DNA from: Spirochaetaceae bacterium
GTDB lineage: Bacteria > Spirochaetota > Spirochaetia > DSM-2461
NCBI GenBank assembly: GCA_051531975.1
Contig: JAOPTT010000014.1
Location: 96,001 to 160,000, forward strand
Length of the DNA: 64,000 nt
Reading direction: 5' to 3'
In this document: one piece after another, positions 20,965 through 31,482 of the stretch
Position numbering within the stretch: the stretch's first letter is position 1
How the letters are laid out: every line of letters begins with the position of its first letter
Translations under genes and position numbers: made by a program
The notes under the pieces: generated by a model
What the model saw: only the letters and a program-made list of their open reading frames with translations
Told to the model about the DNA's origin: nothing
Database searches by the model: none

Positions 20965-21817
20965 CTTTGACCTCTTTCTCAGCCAACTTGAGATAACCCA
21001 CAACATTAAAAAAGAGACTAAATGGTAAACCAATTATAGTTACCCACTTAAACATAAAGGGTGAAATAGTATCTGCATTTATGTACTGTTCAAAATATGG
21101 CTCAACCCAGTCAAAAGTTCTCATGTCCCAATTTTCATATAGACCAGTTTTAATAATAATAATTACTAATATTCCAATAATAAAAGAAATAATAGTTTGA
21201 ATTACAGATGATGCTAATAGCGTCTTAATAAAAGCTGCTTTTTTGAATACAATGGAACCAACTAAAAACATTGGTTGTGTAAAAATGTATATTAAAATCA
21301 GAACAAATAAGTTTACACCAAATGAATCTGATGAATACTCTGAAACACCGCTATCTACTATTGTTCCAAATGTAAATGGGTTAAATATTTCCACACCAAA
21401 ACCCATGATAAGTTTAGTTAAAATAGAAGAAATAACTGACGAAACAAAAAATGCAGCTATTAAAAACACAACATATCCAATAGTTGAAACTATGGCTCCT
21501 ACCATATACTTTTCTAGTGTTGAACCCGGAACCGAGAACCACAGGGAACTAGTAAACTTATTATTTATTTCTGAAAATGTGAGGGAGGTTAAAATGTATC
21601 CTCCAATAAATAAAAACCCAGGAAACATATAGTTTAAAGTATATGGATCAAATTCAGCATTCCCTGGAAACAGTCTAAACAGTATAGCCATTAATAGTGC
21701 TATTCCTACATATATACCTACAATTGTAAAAAGGTAGATACTCCACATTTTATAATTTGAAATTACTTCGTTTTTACTCAGAAGACCAAATCGTCTTTTA
21801 TTAAAATAATTATTCAT
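20954..21817 (-). CDS. ABC-2 type transporter permease
   Basis: About 6 TM helices, VPGSTLEKY motif, coupled to ABC ATPase. Confidence 0.75.
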   Translation of the reverse strand: MNNYFNKRRFGLLSKNEVISNYKMWSIYLFTIVGIYVGIALLMAILFRLFPGNAEFDPYTLNYMFPGFLFIGGYILTSLTFSEINNKFTSSLWFSVPGSTLEKYMVGAIVSTIGYVVFLIAAFFVSSVISSILTKLIMGFGVEIFNPFTFGTIVDSGVSEYSSDSFGVNLFVLILIYIFTQPMFLVGSIVFKKAAFIKTLLASSVIQTIISFIIGILVIIIIKTGLYENWDMRTFDWVEPYFEQYINADTISPFMFKWVTIIGLPFSLFFNVVGYLKLAEKEVKGGI

Positions 21818-22652
21818 CTGTCCCCTCCTTATTAAATGCCTTTGTTACCGCGGCAGGCTCAGATATTACTGCATTAAATAGAAGCTCTAGATCTACTGAT
21901 CCCTCTTCTTTTGTACTATTTTTACTAACAACCTGATATCCACCTAATATTTCCTGAGCATAGATCTCAGAACCTGTTAAACTTGTAACTTGTTCCATAA
22001 CAAGTTTGCTAGCAACATTAAAAGTTGGTTGGTTAAATATAATGTGCCCATCTTCTACAATAATAATTGGGTCAATTAAATTCTCTACATCCTTAACCTG
22101 ATGGGTAGAAATTAAAATAGTTCTTTCATCGGTCATAGATTTTGCAATTATTCTTCTAAGTGTAGTTTTTGATGGAATATCCAAACCGTTTGTAGGTTCA
22201 TCCATTATCATTAACTGTGTTTTAGTTGCTAAACCAAAAGAGAGTAAAAACTTCTTCTTCTGCCCAAAGGATAAAGTATTTAATATTGCATCCATTGGAA
22301 GATCAAAATCTAATAAATACTGATTAAATTGATCGTAATCGAAATTTGGGTAGAAAGGAGCTCTTAGCTTTAAAAAGAGCTCTCCTTTAATTGGTGGAAG
22401 AAAAAATTCTTCTGGTAGAAAAAATACATCTTCTAAAAAGCTAGGCTCTCTTTTAGTAACATCTGAATCGTTATAAAAACAAGTCCCACTGTTAGGGTAT
22501 AATAACCCCCCCATAATTTTTAGTAATGTTGTTTTACCTGCACCATTTTTTCCAAGTAAACCATAAATATTCCCCGGTTCTAATTCTAAATTAAGTTCTT
22601 TAAATAGATCTTTTTTACCATACCGGAAGAAAACGCTGTTTAATTTTAACAT
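21810..22652 (-). CDS. ABC transporter ATP-binding protein
   Basis: GKNGAGKTT, LSFGQKKK, MDEPTNGLD, ISTH. Confidence 0.95.
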   Translation of the reverse strand: MLKLNSVFFRYGKKDLFKELNLELEPGNIYGLLGKNGAGKTTLLKIMGGLLYPNSGTCFYNDSDVTKREPSFLEDVFFLPEEFFLPPIKGELFLKLRAPFYPNFDYDQFNQYLLDFDLPMDAILNTLSFGQKKKFLLSFGLATKTQLMIMDEPTNGLDIPSKTTLRRIIAKSMTDERTILISTHQVKDVENLIDPIIIVEDGHIIFNQPTFNVASKLVMEQVTSLTGSEIYAQEILGGYQVVSKNSTKEEGSVDLELLFNAVISEPAAVTKAFNKEGTDE

Positions 22653-22667
22653 ACTGCCATCTCCTTA

Positions 22668-22695
22668 TTAGTGTACTGCACCACTAATACACTAA
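22668..22695. promoter_or_regulatory. YtrA-type GntR operator
   Basis: TTAGTGTA-N12-TACACTAA inverted repeat just upstream of operon RBS; resembles AGTGTA...TACACT YtrA sites. Confidence 0.75.
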
Positions 22696-22728
22696 GAATA
22701 AGTCTAGATTAAGAAGTTGTCAAGAACC

Positions 22729-23700
22729 TTAAAGTAACATATTGCACATTTTTACTAAATTCAGAGAATCGCTAAAACTTGCATTGCTCTTTTCTTGTCC
22801 AAGAATCTCACTACTAATTGATAATTGGTAGGGCATAGAGATATGTTCTGGAGTTTCAAAATTATATTCTGTAGTTTCATTATTAACTGTTACACTAAAG
22901 TTTTTTACAGATAGTCCGTCGTAGGTAATGTTACCTTTCTCCCCAATTATCTGTATTTCACTAAAGTGTCTATCAGCAACAAAACACCATGTACCAGTTC
23001 CAATAACTCCATTTTTAAACCTAAAATTGGTTAATACTGTATCGTTGGCAATATAATACCCACCTCTATTTTCTGCAATCCCAGTCATAGTTTCTAGTTC
23101 ACCGAAATACCATATAAGACAGTCTAAGACATGGGTTCCCACATCTAAAAACTTTCCACCACCTGATATTTCTGGTATTACTCTCCAGGGTCTACTATAT
23201 TCATGTTTTTCAACTTCTTCGACATTCATTAACTGTATAACATTTACAACTTTTACATCCCCAATTATTCCAGAGTCTAAAATCTCTTTTATCTTTATAA
23301 ACTTCTCTAATCCTCTTCTGTAAAATGCAACATAGGGAGTAATATTTTTCTTTTTTGCAAGGGACTCTATAACCAGGGCATCCTTAATATTGGTTACCAT
23401 AGGTTTCTCAATATATGGGATCTTTCCAGCTTCTAATACTTTAATAGTATATTCAAAATGACTATTTGGTGGGGTTGCAATATATACCACATCAATTAAA
23501 GAATCTGCTAATAGCTCATCCACACTGTTATATACTTGTTTCAATCCATGGCGTTTTACATAATCTTCTGCTTTGGCCAAAGTTCTATTAAAGACCCCAA
23601 TTAGGTTAGAGTTATCAGCTTTATATAAACCTGGTCCACTTTTAACTTCTGTAACATCTCCACAGCCAATAATTGCCCAGTTAACACTTTTTTTTGTCAT
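22729..23700 (-). CDS. Gfo/Idh/MocA family oxidoreductase
   Basis: IIGCG, VYIATPPNSH, EKP, GGKFLDVGTH. Confidence 0.92.
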   Translation of the reverse strand: MTKKSVNWAIIGCGDVTEVKSGPGLYKADNSNLIGVFNRTLAKAEDYVKRHGLKQVYNSVDELLADSLIDVVYIATPPNSHFEYTIKVLEAGKIPYIEKPMVTNIKDALVIESLAKKKNITPYVAFYRRGLEKFIKIKEILDSGIIGDVKVVNVIQLMNVEEVEKHEYSRPWRVIPEISGGGKFLDVGTHVLDCLIWYFGELETMTGIAENRGGYYIANDTVLTNFRFKNGVIGTGTWCFVADRHFSEIQIIGEKGNITYDGLSVKNFSVTVNNETTEYNFETPEHISMPYQLSISSEILGQEKSNASFSDSLNLVKMCNMLL

Positions 23701-23737
23701 AGTTGCCTCTAAACTTATTATAGTACTATATTTTGTA

Positions 23738-26179
23738 TTATTTTTTTCTTTTAACTCTATTTGTTGGTATTGCAGTATAGGGGTCAGTTGGCCAGTGGTG
23801 TTTTGGATAACGTCCCATTAGGTCTTTCTTAACTTCAGTATAAGTAGTTTCCCAAAAGCTTTTAAGGTCTTTAGTTATCTGTATTGGTCTAGATGCCGGG
23901 GATAATAGGTGTATTGTTATAGGCACTTTTCCATTTAATACTGTAGGAGTTTCTATTAATCCAAATAGCTCCTGTAATCTAACTTTTAAAACAGGCTCCC
24001 CTGTAGAATAATCTATAGGAATGTTTGATCCACTAGGAACTTTAAAGTGTGTAGGTGCCTCAGCTTCAACTCTTTTAAGATCATTCCACTGGAAAAAACC
24101 TTTAAGTGCCTCTAATAATGGTATTTCATCTAGTCTATTTTTTATTGTAATACCTGTAATATAAAATTTTAACCACTCTATAGATTTTGTTAAATTCCTA
24201 TCAGAAAAATCTGGATACAACTCACTATTAAAACTATGTAAAAAGTTAATCCTATCCTTAAAACTTAGACACTCTTTAGTCCACTTTAGGTCAGCTAATC
24301 CACTCTTTTGTAAATAGTTTAGTAGAGCTACATGGAACTCTTCTTTCTGGATATTACTAGTTCTCTCTTCTCTTATTGTTATATATCCAAGTTTTAATCT
24401 ATTTATTGCACTAAACTTGTTTTTATCTTTAATAAATTTAAGGTCCAAAACATTTTTTAGGTTGGATCTATTATATTTTAATATATCTTCTAATAACACA
24501 GGGTATGCCAGGTATATTTTATCTGTTTTACCTAAGCCACCAGAGTTTGTAACTATTAAGTAGTTACTAGAGTACAAACTATCAGTTTCTGGTAAAAACA
24601 CTTCAGAACCGTTTACCATCTGGTAACGTCCATCTGTTATTTTTTTGGCAATCCGATCAGGAAAAGATGTTATTAGAAGTTCTGTAATATCATAGTTCTC
24701 ATTTTTAGTTTTTATAGATTTAGATATCTCTTTAACCCTATTTAGAACTGTATAATTCTTTTTAGCAGATATTATACTTTTACCTTCAAGCGCCTCTAAT
24801 CGATACCTAATATCACACCCGCTAGATCCATGTTGGAAGCTTAATATATCTTTTTCAGACAATAGTGCTGCTAAGTTTGCTGCAAACCTACTATTAGATG
24901 TTGTAATTATAGAACCAAGCCTTGGGTGAAGTGGTAATTTACTTAAAGCCTCACCTTTAGGTGTAATTCCACCTGCGTCAATTGCCCCTAACATCTGTAG
25001 TAGCTCTAAACTTTTTTTAAATATTGAGACATTAGGTTTTGTCAACCAATCTATGTCTTTTATATCTGTATAACCCCATTTAGCCATTGTTAATAGTGAT
25101 GATGAAAAGTCGACATTCTCTATTTCTGGTGTATCAAAGTTATCCAGTTTTTTAAAGTTATCCCAAAGCCTATAACAGACTCCAGGTTCTACCCTACCAG
25201 CCCGTCCTGTTCTCTGATCCGCCGAGGCTTTAGATATTTGTAGTGTCTCTAGGCTATCCATCCCATTTTTAGGGTTAAACAGTGGTTTTCTAATTAGTCC
25301 AGAGTCTATTACAACTTTAACTCCATTTATAGTTATACTAGATTCAGCAATAGATGTTGATAAAACAACTTTTCTTTTACCTGGTGGTACAGCTTCAATA
25401 GCTCTCTCTTGTTCTGCTCTTGGCAGTCCACCAAATAGAGGCTGTATAATAATATCTTTTGGTAATTTAGCTAATAGTTCTTTCTCTACTCTTTTAATCT
25501 CTCCAACACCTGGTAGAAAAACTAATATACTACCAGTTTCTGAGTTTAGAGCTGTTATGACACTGTTTACAGTAAAAGATACTAGATTATAATCTGGGCT
25601 TCCTAAATATTTGACATCCACAGGAAAGCATTTCCCAAGGGAAGTAATAACTGGGGCATCATTTAGGTATTTTGATACTGGTTCAGCATCTAATGTTGCT
25701 GACATTACCAATATTTTTAAATCTTCTCTTAATACTTCCTGGGTCTCTTTAACTAAAGCTAAGGAGAGATCGGCATCCAGGCTTCTCTCATGGAATTCAT
25801 CAAATATAACAACTGCGATACCTGCTAGTTCAGGGTCTTTTAACAGTCTGTTAATAAAGACACCTTCGGTTACTACTTCTAATATAGTATTTGAGGAAAC
25901 CTTTTTATCTAGGTGTACTGAGTAACCAACTCTATTTCCAACTTGTTCTTTTATACTTTTTGCCATCCAGTATGCTGCACTTCTTGCTGCAATCCTTCTT
26001 GGTTCTAACATAATTATCTTTTTTCCGTCTAACCATGTCTGTTTTAACAGTTCTAGTGGAACACAGGTAGTTTTACCAGCTCCAGGAGGTGCCTGAAGTA
26101 CTAATCGATTACTATTTTGTAGTTCATCTAATATCTGAGGTATAACTTCGTATATTGGTAGGGAAGATTTATCTGCCAT
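23738..26179 (-). CDS. hrpB: ATP-dependent RNA helicase HrpB
   Basis: APPGAGKTT, DEFHER, MSAT, QRTGRAGR, C-terminal LLSPASRPIQIT...GRYPKH. Confidence 0.96.
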   Translation of the reverse strand: MADKSSLPIYEVIPQILDELQNSNRLVLQAPPGAGKTTCVPLELLKQTWLDGKKIIMLEPRRIAARSAAYWMAKSIKEQVGNRVGYSVHLDKKVSSNTILEVVTEGVFINRLLKDPELAGIAVVIFDEFHERSLDADLSLALVKETQEVLREDLKILVMSATLDAEPVSKYLNDAPVITSLGKCFPVDVKYLGSPDYNLVSFTVNSVITALNSETGSILVFLPGVGEIKRVEKELLAKLPKDIIIQPLFGGLPRAEQERAIEAVPPGKRKVVLSTSIAESSITINGVKVVIDSGLIRKPLFNPKNGMDSLETLQISKASADQRTGRAGRVEPGVCYRLWDNFKKLDNFDTPEIENVDFSSSLLTMAKWGYTDIKDIDWLTKPNVSIFKKSLELLQMLGAIDAGGITPKGEALSKLPLHPRLGSIITTSNSRFAANLAALLSEKDILSFQHGSSGCDIRYRLEALEGKSIISAKKNYTVLNRVKEISKSIKTKNENYDITELLITSFPDRIAKKITDGRYQMVNGSEVFLPETDSLYSSNYLIVTNSGGLGKTDKIYLAYPVLLEDILKYNRSNLKNVLDLKFIKDKNKFSAINRLKLGYITIREERTSNIQKEEFHVALLNYLQKSGLADLKWTKECLSFKDRINFLHSFNSELYPDFSDRNLTKSIEWLKFYITGITIKNRLDEIPLLEALKGFFQWNDLKRVEAEAPTHFKVPSGSNIPIDYSTGEPVLKVRLQELFGLIETPTVLNGKVPITIHLLSPASRPIQITKDLKSFWETTYTEVKKDLMGRYPKHHWPTDPYTAIPTNRVKRKK

Positions 26180-26203
26180 AAGCTAGTTTACTATAGATTC
26201 TTA

Positions 26204-26689
26204 TTAATAACCTGACTTAAGATGTAATGAATCATCGTTTTCTATCCATTCCTGAACTTTTATCAATCTAAAGGTCTCTCTGTTATCTCTAATTATTACT
26301 TCATCAATCCCTGCATTAATTATTAATCTTTTACACATCATACAGGAGTTAGAGTTTTCTATATAATTCCCGGAACTATACTCTTTACCTACCATGTACA
26401 GAGTTGAACCTAACATGTCTTTTCTAGGAGCTGATATAATTGCATTTGCTTCACTATGTAGGGATCTGCAAAGCTCATACATTGTTCCCCTAGGTACATT
26501 TGCTTTCTCTCTATGACATGTTCCAATATCAGTACAATTCTTTCTTCCCCTTGGGGCTCCAACATAACCTGTAGATACAATCTCATCATTTTTAACTATG
26601 ACACTTCCATAACTTCTTCTAAGGCATGTACATCTTTCTAATACTGTTTCAGCAATGTCTAAATAGTAGTTTGTTTTATCTCTTCTCAT
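26204..26689 (-). CDS. Deoxycytidylate deaminase family protein
   Basis: TCLRR, HSEANA and CMMCKR zinc-deaminase motifs. Confidence 0.88.
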   Translation of the reverse strand: MRRDKTNYYLDIAETVLERCTCLRRSYGSVIVKNDEIVSTGYVGAPRGRKNCTDIGTCHREKANVPRGTMYELCRSLHSEANAIISAPRKDMLGSTLYMVGKEYSSGNYIENSNSCMMCKRLIINAGIDEVIIRDNRETFRLIKVQEWIENDDSLHLKSGY

Positions 26690-26723
26690 ATTGTTCCTTA
26701 GTCAACATTTTATAGTAAAACGA

Positions 26724-27983
26724 TTAGGAATAAAACAGTTCTATTTCTTCCCAAAAGTTTGGGAATGATTTTGCAACACACTTACTACCATCAATTTCCT
26801 GCTTCTCTACTGCTAAACCAGCTATTGCAAATGACATAGCTATTCTATGGTCATTAAAAGAGTCTATTTTAGCTCCCTTTAATATCTCTTTATTACCTTC
26901 AATATATAAGTTGTCATCATCGTAGTGAGAATCTAGACCCATTCGTTTCAGACCAGAAACTACAGCTTCTAATCTATTACATTCTTTATATATTAATCTT
27001 CCAACTCCAGTTAACTTAGATGTTCCAGTAGCAAATGCACAAGCTATTGCTAAAGGTGGAACCAGATCTGGTGTATCAGTCATATCAACTGTAATAGCTG
27101 TTAAATCTTTGCCTTTTATTATTAGATCATCACTATCCCAACTAATATCACAACCCATAGCTTGTAGGTAGTTGATCATCTCTTTATCACCCTGTTTAGA
27201 GTCTCTGTTTAAACTTTTAATTCTCATCTCTAGTTTATTAATTGCAGCACCTAACATAAAAAACGAAGCACTACTAAAATCACCTTCTATAGTTACATCT
27301 GCAGACTTATACTTAGCTGTTTGTATGTTTATCTCTTTATAGTTATTGTTTGATAATTGTACTGAAAACTTATCCATCATATATTCTGTAATATCAAAGT
27401 ATGGTTTTTCGGACATTGAGTCTGTACAAATTAGGGTAACATCGTTTTGTGCAAATGGTGCAACCATAGATATTCCGGAGAAGTACTGGGATGTTTTACT
27501 ACCAGAAATATTAACTTTAGTTCCAGTTAATACTCCACTTTTAACTTTTACAGGAGGGAATCCCTCTTTATCTAAATATTCAACTTCTGCACCTAACTGC
27601 TCTATCCCAGATACAACTTCTTTTATTGGTCTAATTAATAATCCAGGATCACCAGTTATAATAATTTCCCCAGGTACAATAGAGCAAATAGGAGTTAGAA
27701 CATTCATTGCAACACCAGATTCTCCACAGTTTAATACATTATTAACTGGTTTAAAGTTTCCATTTGTTCCCTCTATAATAAGGTGATCATCATTTACTTC
27801 AATTTTAACACCTAAGTTCTTAAAACACTGTATTAGGTTTAACTGATCTTGCCCTAATAACGGGTTAGTTATTTTACTTGTTCCACTAGCTAACGATGCT
27901 AATATTATTGCTCTAAGAGTATGTGCCTTAGCCGATGGTGCAGTAAAAACAATATCCTGCCGTTTTAATTCCTGAATTTTCAT
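26724..27983 (-). CDS. aroA: 3-phosphoshikimate 1-carboxyvinyltransferase (EPSP synthase)
   Basis: RP, SQY, EGDFSSA, PDL, KECNR, DHRIAM, KSFP motifs. Confidence 0.92.
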   Translation of the reverse strand: MKIQELKRQDIVFTAPSAKAHTLRAIILASLASGTSKITNPLLGQDQLNLIQCFKNLGVKIEVNDDHLIIEGTNGNFKPVNNVLNCGESGVAMNVLTPICSIVPGEIIITGDPGLLIRPIKEVVSGIEQLGAEVEYLDKEGFPPVKVKSGVLTGTKVNISGSKTSQYFSGISMVAPFAQNDVTLICTDSMSEKPYFDITEYMMDKFSVQLSNNNYKEINIQTAKYKSADVTIEGDFSSASFFMLGAAINKLEMRIKSLNRDSKQGDKEMINYLQAMGCDISWDSDDLIIKGKDLTAITVDMTDTPDLVPPLAIACAFATGTSKLTGVGRLIYKECNRLEAVVSGLKRMGLDSHYDDDNLYIEGNKEILKGAKIDSFNDHRIAMSFAIAGLAVEKQEIDGSKCVAKSFPNFWEEIELFYS

Positions 27984-28222
27984 AACACCTCATATTATCT
28001 TCATCTTTATTTCAATTTTGCAAATATTATATGTTTAAACTTTAATTGTCCATGCCATATTAAAATATATTTTGCAGATCCAAATTTAACAATATATAAT
28101 TCGTTAGAATAAACAATTAAAAGAGAATAGTTCTATAGGTAATTCAAGGTTTTACTCAATATATTTATGGTTTTTTATAGTAATTCTCATTAATCATTTG
28201 CCTAGATAATAACTATAAAGTT

Positions 28223-29167
28223 TTACCCCTGTATAAATTCAACAGCATCTTTAACTACATCATCCCAGTTTTCTGGAACATTGTGGCTGGCGTTTTTATT
28301 AATGACATAAACTGATGGTAAATTATGTTTCTTTGTTAATTCAAGTAACTCTGCATGAAATGGAACTGCCCCAGATAATTCCCCTTCTAAAAGAACTAAT
28401 TTTAATCCTCGTTCAGCTGCTTTTTGTATGTTTTCTTCAGTACAATCAGGAACTTTATTTGGACATAGAGCCATTATTCCTTGAACAGGAAATAGATCAT
28501 TCATAGCTACACTTAGAGATGCCATACTTCCTCCAGAGAAGCCACCTAAAATTACTTTTGACCTGTCTATAGGGTATTTTGAACACAGGATATCATAACA
28601 GATTGAAATATCATTTCTAGATTTTTCATAATCAGCTGTCCATGTAAAAAAGGATGTAGCTACTGGATTTGAAGACTGAATATAGGCCACTATAAAGTTA
28701 TTTTTTAATAGAAAATCTGGTTTCCATTCGTAACTAAATTGTTCAAGATTTCCACCATCTCCATGTTGGATGCAAAACAGTGGATATTTTTTGTTTTGAT
28801 CGTATCCCTGGGGGGTAAATACTTTATATTCCATTTTAGCAGTTTTAAGAGCTAGGTTTTTATTTTCGCTATTTTTCTTCTCAATTTCTGGCCATTCTGG
28901 ATAACTTCTTAATGGGTCCCATTTATCCCATGTAAGTCCATAAAAGTGACCATCGTCTGTACCCTTTTTTAATAGTTCCAAACACTTAACATAGTATTTA
29001 CCTTCTATATAACAATAAAGTGCGTATACATTTAGTTCCATATAAAAACCTGGTAACAGGTCATAAGAATCTTCTAATAACTTAGCTGCTTCTTCATATC
29101 TTTTCTCTTCATAGAGTTTATCAACTTTTCCATCAAGGGTTTTATATTCTTTATAGTTTAGTTCCAT
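28223..29167 (-). CDS. Alpha/beta hydrolase with N-terminal helical (TPR-like) domain
   Basis: YPLFCIQHGDG, nucleophile elbow GFSGG, C-terminal His (ASHN). Confidence 0.75.
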   Translation of the reverse strand: MELNYKEYKTLDGKVDKLYEEKRYEEAAKLLEDSYDLLPGFYMELNVYALYCYIEGKYYVKCLELLKKGTDDGHFYGLTWDKWDPLRSYPEWPEIEKKNSENKNLALKTAKMEYKVFTPQGYDQNKKYPLFCIQHGDGGNLEQFSYEWKPDFLLKNNFIVAYIQSSNPVATSFFTWTADYEKSRNDISICYDILCSKYPIDRSKVILGGFSGGSMASLSVAMNDLFPVQGIMALCPNKVPDCTEENIQKAAERGLKLVLLEGELSGAVPFHAELLELTKKHNLPSVYVINKNASHNVPENWDDVVKDAVEFIQG

Positions 29168-29268
29168 GTTTATTATTTTAACACTAAACAGTTAGAAAAA
29201 CTATTCAGAAAATATTTCCTTTAAATGAAACTTAATTCCATCTAGATACATAGAATCATAATTGCATT

Positions 29269-31329
29269 TCATTTAAATTTTCTGATTAAGATAATACTTA
29301 TAAGCAACATTAAACTTAAAAGGATTATTATACTTGTTATTACTTTTTTTCTGTTATTATCTTTTATTAGTTTAAGAGTAAAGTTTAATATTTCATCATT
29401 TCCTGATAAAACATCTTCAATAGAATCTACTATATAATAATCTGGAATAACTCCACGATTAAAAGGTATATCCTCCTGTTTAATAAAACCACTTCTAGTA
29501 GCTATCAATGGAATATTAAGTTCTATCCCTGTTTCTCCTAATCTAATTCTCGCAAAATCTAAACCATTCATGGTATAAAAATTACCACAACCTTCTTGTC
29601 CAACAATCTTACCTCTATTAAAATACTTAAAATATGATGAAAGTTTTACAGCTGCAGAACCTGTTAGTCCATTTGTTAAAATATACACATTACCTTTAAA
29701 TCTGTGATTAGAAGGTATTATAAATTTAAAATTATCAGGATGAGTCTCTATATTCTGATAAAAACCTTGTTTCCCATCAAGTTCAATATAGTCTGAATAT
29801 AAATGATCATTAATACTTAAATTTAACGAATAATTAAATGACTCATAGGCTTTATTACTGTTAACTTTTTTCTCTACTTCAGGATAAAATTGTTTTGATG
29901 CAAAAAGTGAATACAAGAAGTATGTATTCTCAATTTCTCCCCCCATATTATTCCTTAAGTCAAGAATGATAGTTTTACCTTTTAGTTTTGTATTCATATA
30001 AAAAGATAAGATCTCTTCCTTGTCTACACTTGATAATGTCATGCTTTTAACATTAAACAAAACAATATCATTGGACATCATCTCAAGACTATAAGGTTTG
30101 TAGTTTTTATCATCATGACTATTAAGCTTTATGACTTTATTATCTAATATATACTCTTCAGTTCTATTATTATTAAACTTAACCTTAATAACTTCCCCAG
30201 GATTCAACTCTTTATATAATATATAATTATTCCCAAATTGCTGTTTTAGTAGCTCGTCTTGCCAAGCATTAATATCCCCAGAAGCTATTGTCATTATTTT
30301 TTTTACATTATCAATTATATTTTGAACAGGTTCATTGTTTATTTCAATGATTTCTGTACCCCTTTCGATAGAGTGAACTGGATCATCCAAGATATAACAT
30401 TTATTATTTATTATAGTTACTTCCAAAGGAAAATACCCTTTAGTCGTATAATTGTAAAAGTCATCATAATAATACTTTCTGCTTAAATAAGTATGATTAT
30501 CTTTTATTTCCTGAATTAAAGGTACCAACCTTTTATAAAACTGATCTGATGTTAAGGGATCTTTAATTTCTTTTTTGATATTCTCATATATCTCTCTTAA
30601 TTTTACTGTTGTTGTAAAATTATCTATAGCAGGGTGAATTTCTTCTAGTGAATCAATGACAATATCAAGGTTATTAATTAGATCTTCTGTAGAGTGCCTC
30701 TTATATTTATAATTCTCAGATTCTCCTTTTTTTAAAAAGAATGGGTTTTGAATTCTGGTCATCTTCTCTTGAAGATCAGCTAAACGACCATTTTTATCAT
30801 AAGAGATATGGATACTAGGTTGATCTAATAATGGATAGTCAAATCCAATGGTTCCTATGATATCACCCTGTTTAACATTATCTCCAGTTTTAAGATTAAT
30901 TTTATCATCAATATGTAGACCTGTGTACCACACCATTTCGTTGTTACTAATTTTCAAACCTATAGAGAAACTTATCCATTTTAAATTACCATCTTTTTTT
31001 AAAACATATTGTTTAATATCTTCATAATCATCGGAGCCATAAGAATATGCTGGTTTATCACTGTAGTGATAGTCATAATCATATATTATTCCATCAGCAA
31101 CAGCTAATACAGCTGCACGTTCATCTCCACCAATATGATAATTAAAGTTCGGCTGATATATATTTCGAACACTGTTAAATACCTGATCTAAGGGTGACAA
31201 AATAGTATTTTCACCAGTATATGAATCCTTAATTGGCCATAAAAAATCAGGCTTTTTATTATTAATATTTTGCGAATATAAAACTGTTAATTGTATTATT
31301 AGTTGAATCATTATTATTACTTTTTTCAT
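29269..31329 (-). CDS. S41 family peptidase with N-terminal M23-like domain and C-terminal TM anchor
   Basis: IILDLRNNMGG, TGSAA, GVIPD; N-terminal WPI...AVADG...VKQGDIIG. Confidence 0.8.
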   Translation of the reverse strand: MKKVIIMIQLIIQLTVLYSQNINNKKPDFLWPIKDSYTGENTILSPLDQVFNSVRNIYQPNFNYHIGGDERAAVLAVADGIIYDYDYHYSDKPAYSYGSDDYEDIKQYVLKKDGNLKWISFSIGLKISNNEMVWYTGLHIDDKINLKTGDNVKQGDIIGTIGFDYPLLDQPSIHISYDKNGRLADLQEKMTRIQNPFFLKKGESENYKYKRHSTEDLINNLDIVIDSLEEIHPAIDNFTTTVKLREIYENIKKEIKDPLTSDQFYKRLVPLIQEIKDNHTYLSRKYYYDDFYNYTTKGYFPLEVTIINNKCYILDDPVHSIERGTEIIEINNEPVQNIIDNVKKIMTIASGDINAWQDELLKQQFGNNYILYKELNPGEVIKVKFNNNRTEEYILDNKVIKLNSHDDKNYKPYSLEMMSNDIVLFNVKSMTLSSVDKEEILSFYMNTKLKGKTIILDLRNNMGGEIENTYFLYSLFASKQFYPEVEKKVNSNKAYESFNYSLNLSINDHLYSDYIELDGKQGFYQNIETHPDNFKFIIPSNHRFKGNVYILTNGLTGSAAVKLSSYFKYFNRGKIVGQEGCGNFYTMNGLDFARIRLGETGIELNIPLIATRSGFIKQEDIPFNRGVIPDYYIVDSIEDVLSGNDEILNFTLKLIKDNNRKKVITSIIILLSLMLLISIILIRKFK

Positions 31330-31482
31330 ATTACTTTTTGTTATCCTTACTGATAAAACTATACTGTCTAAAGTTTATGATACTGTCAACTATTTTATAT
31401 AAACCGCTTAAATACTCAGGATATTCCTAGACCTATTAGATAAACTTAGAATCCGATAGATCTAGAAAAACAAGACACACAA

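Noticed and set aside
20965..21033. N-terminal extension of GntR (similar extensions for nagB, leuA, M48, LuxR, kinase)
   Set aside because: Longest-ORF artefacts; downstream starts fit RBS position or family N-termini better
27984..28222. Aromatic amino-acid attenuator before aroA (also checked glnS upstream)
   Set aside because: No cognate-codon-rich uORF or terminator hairpin found
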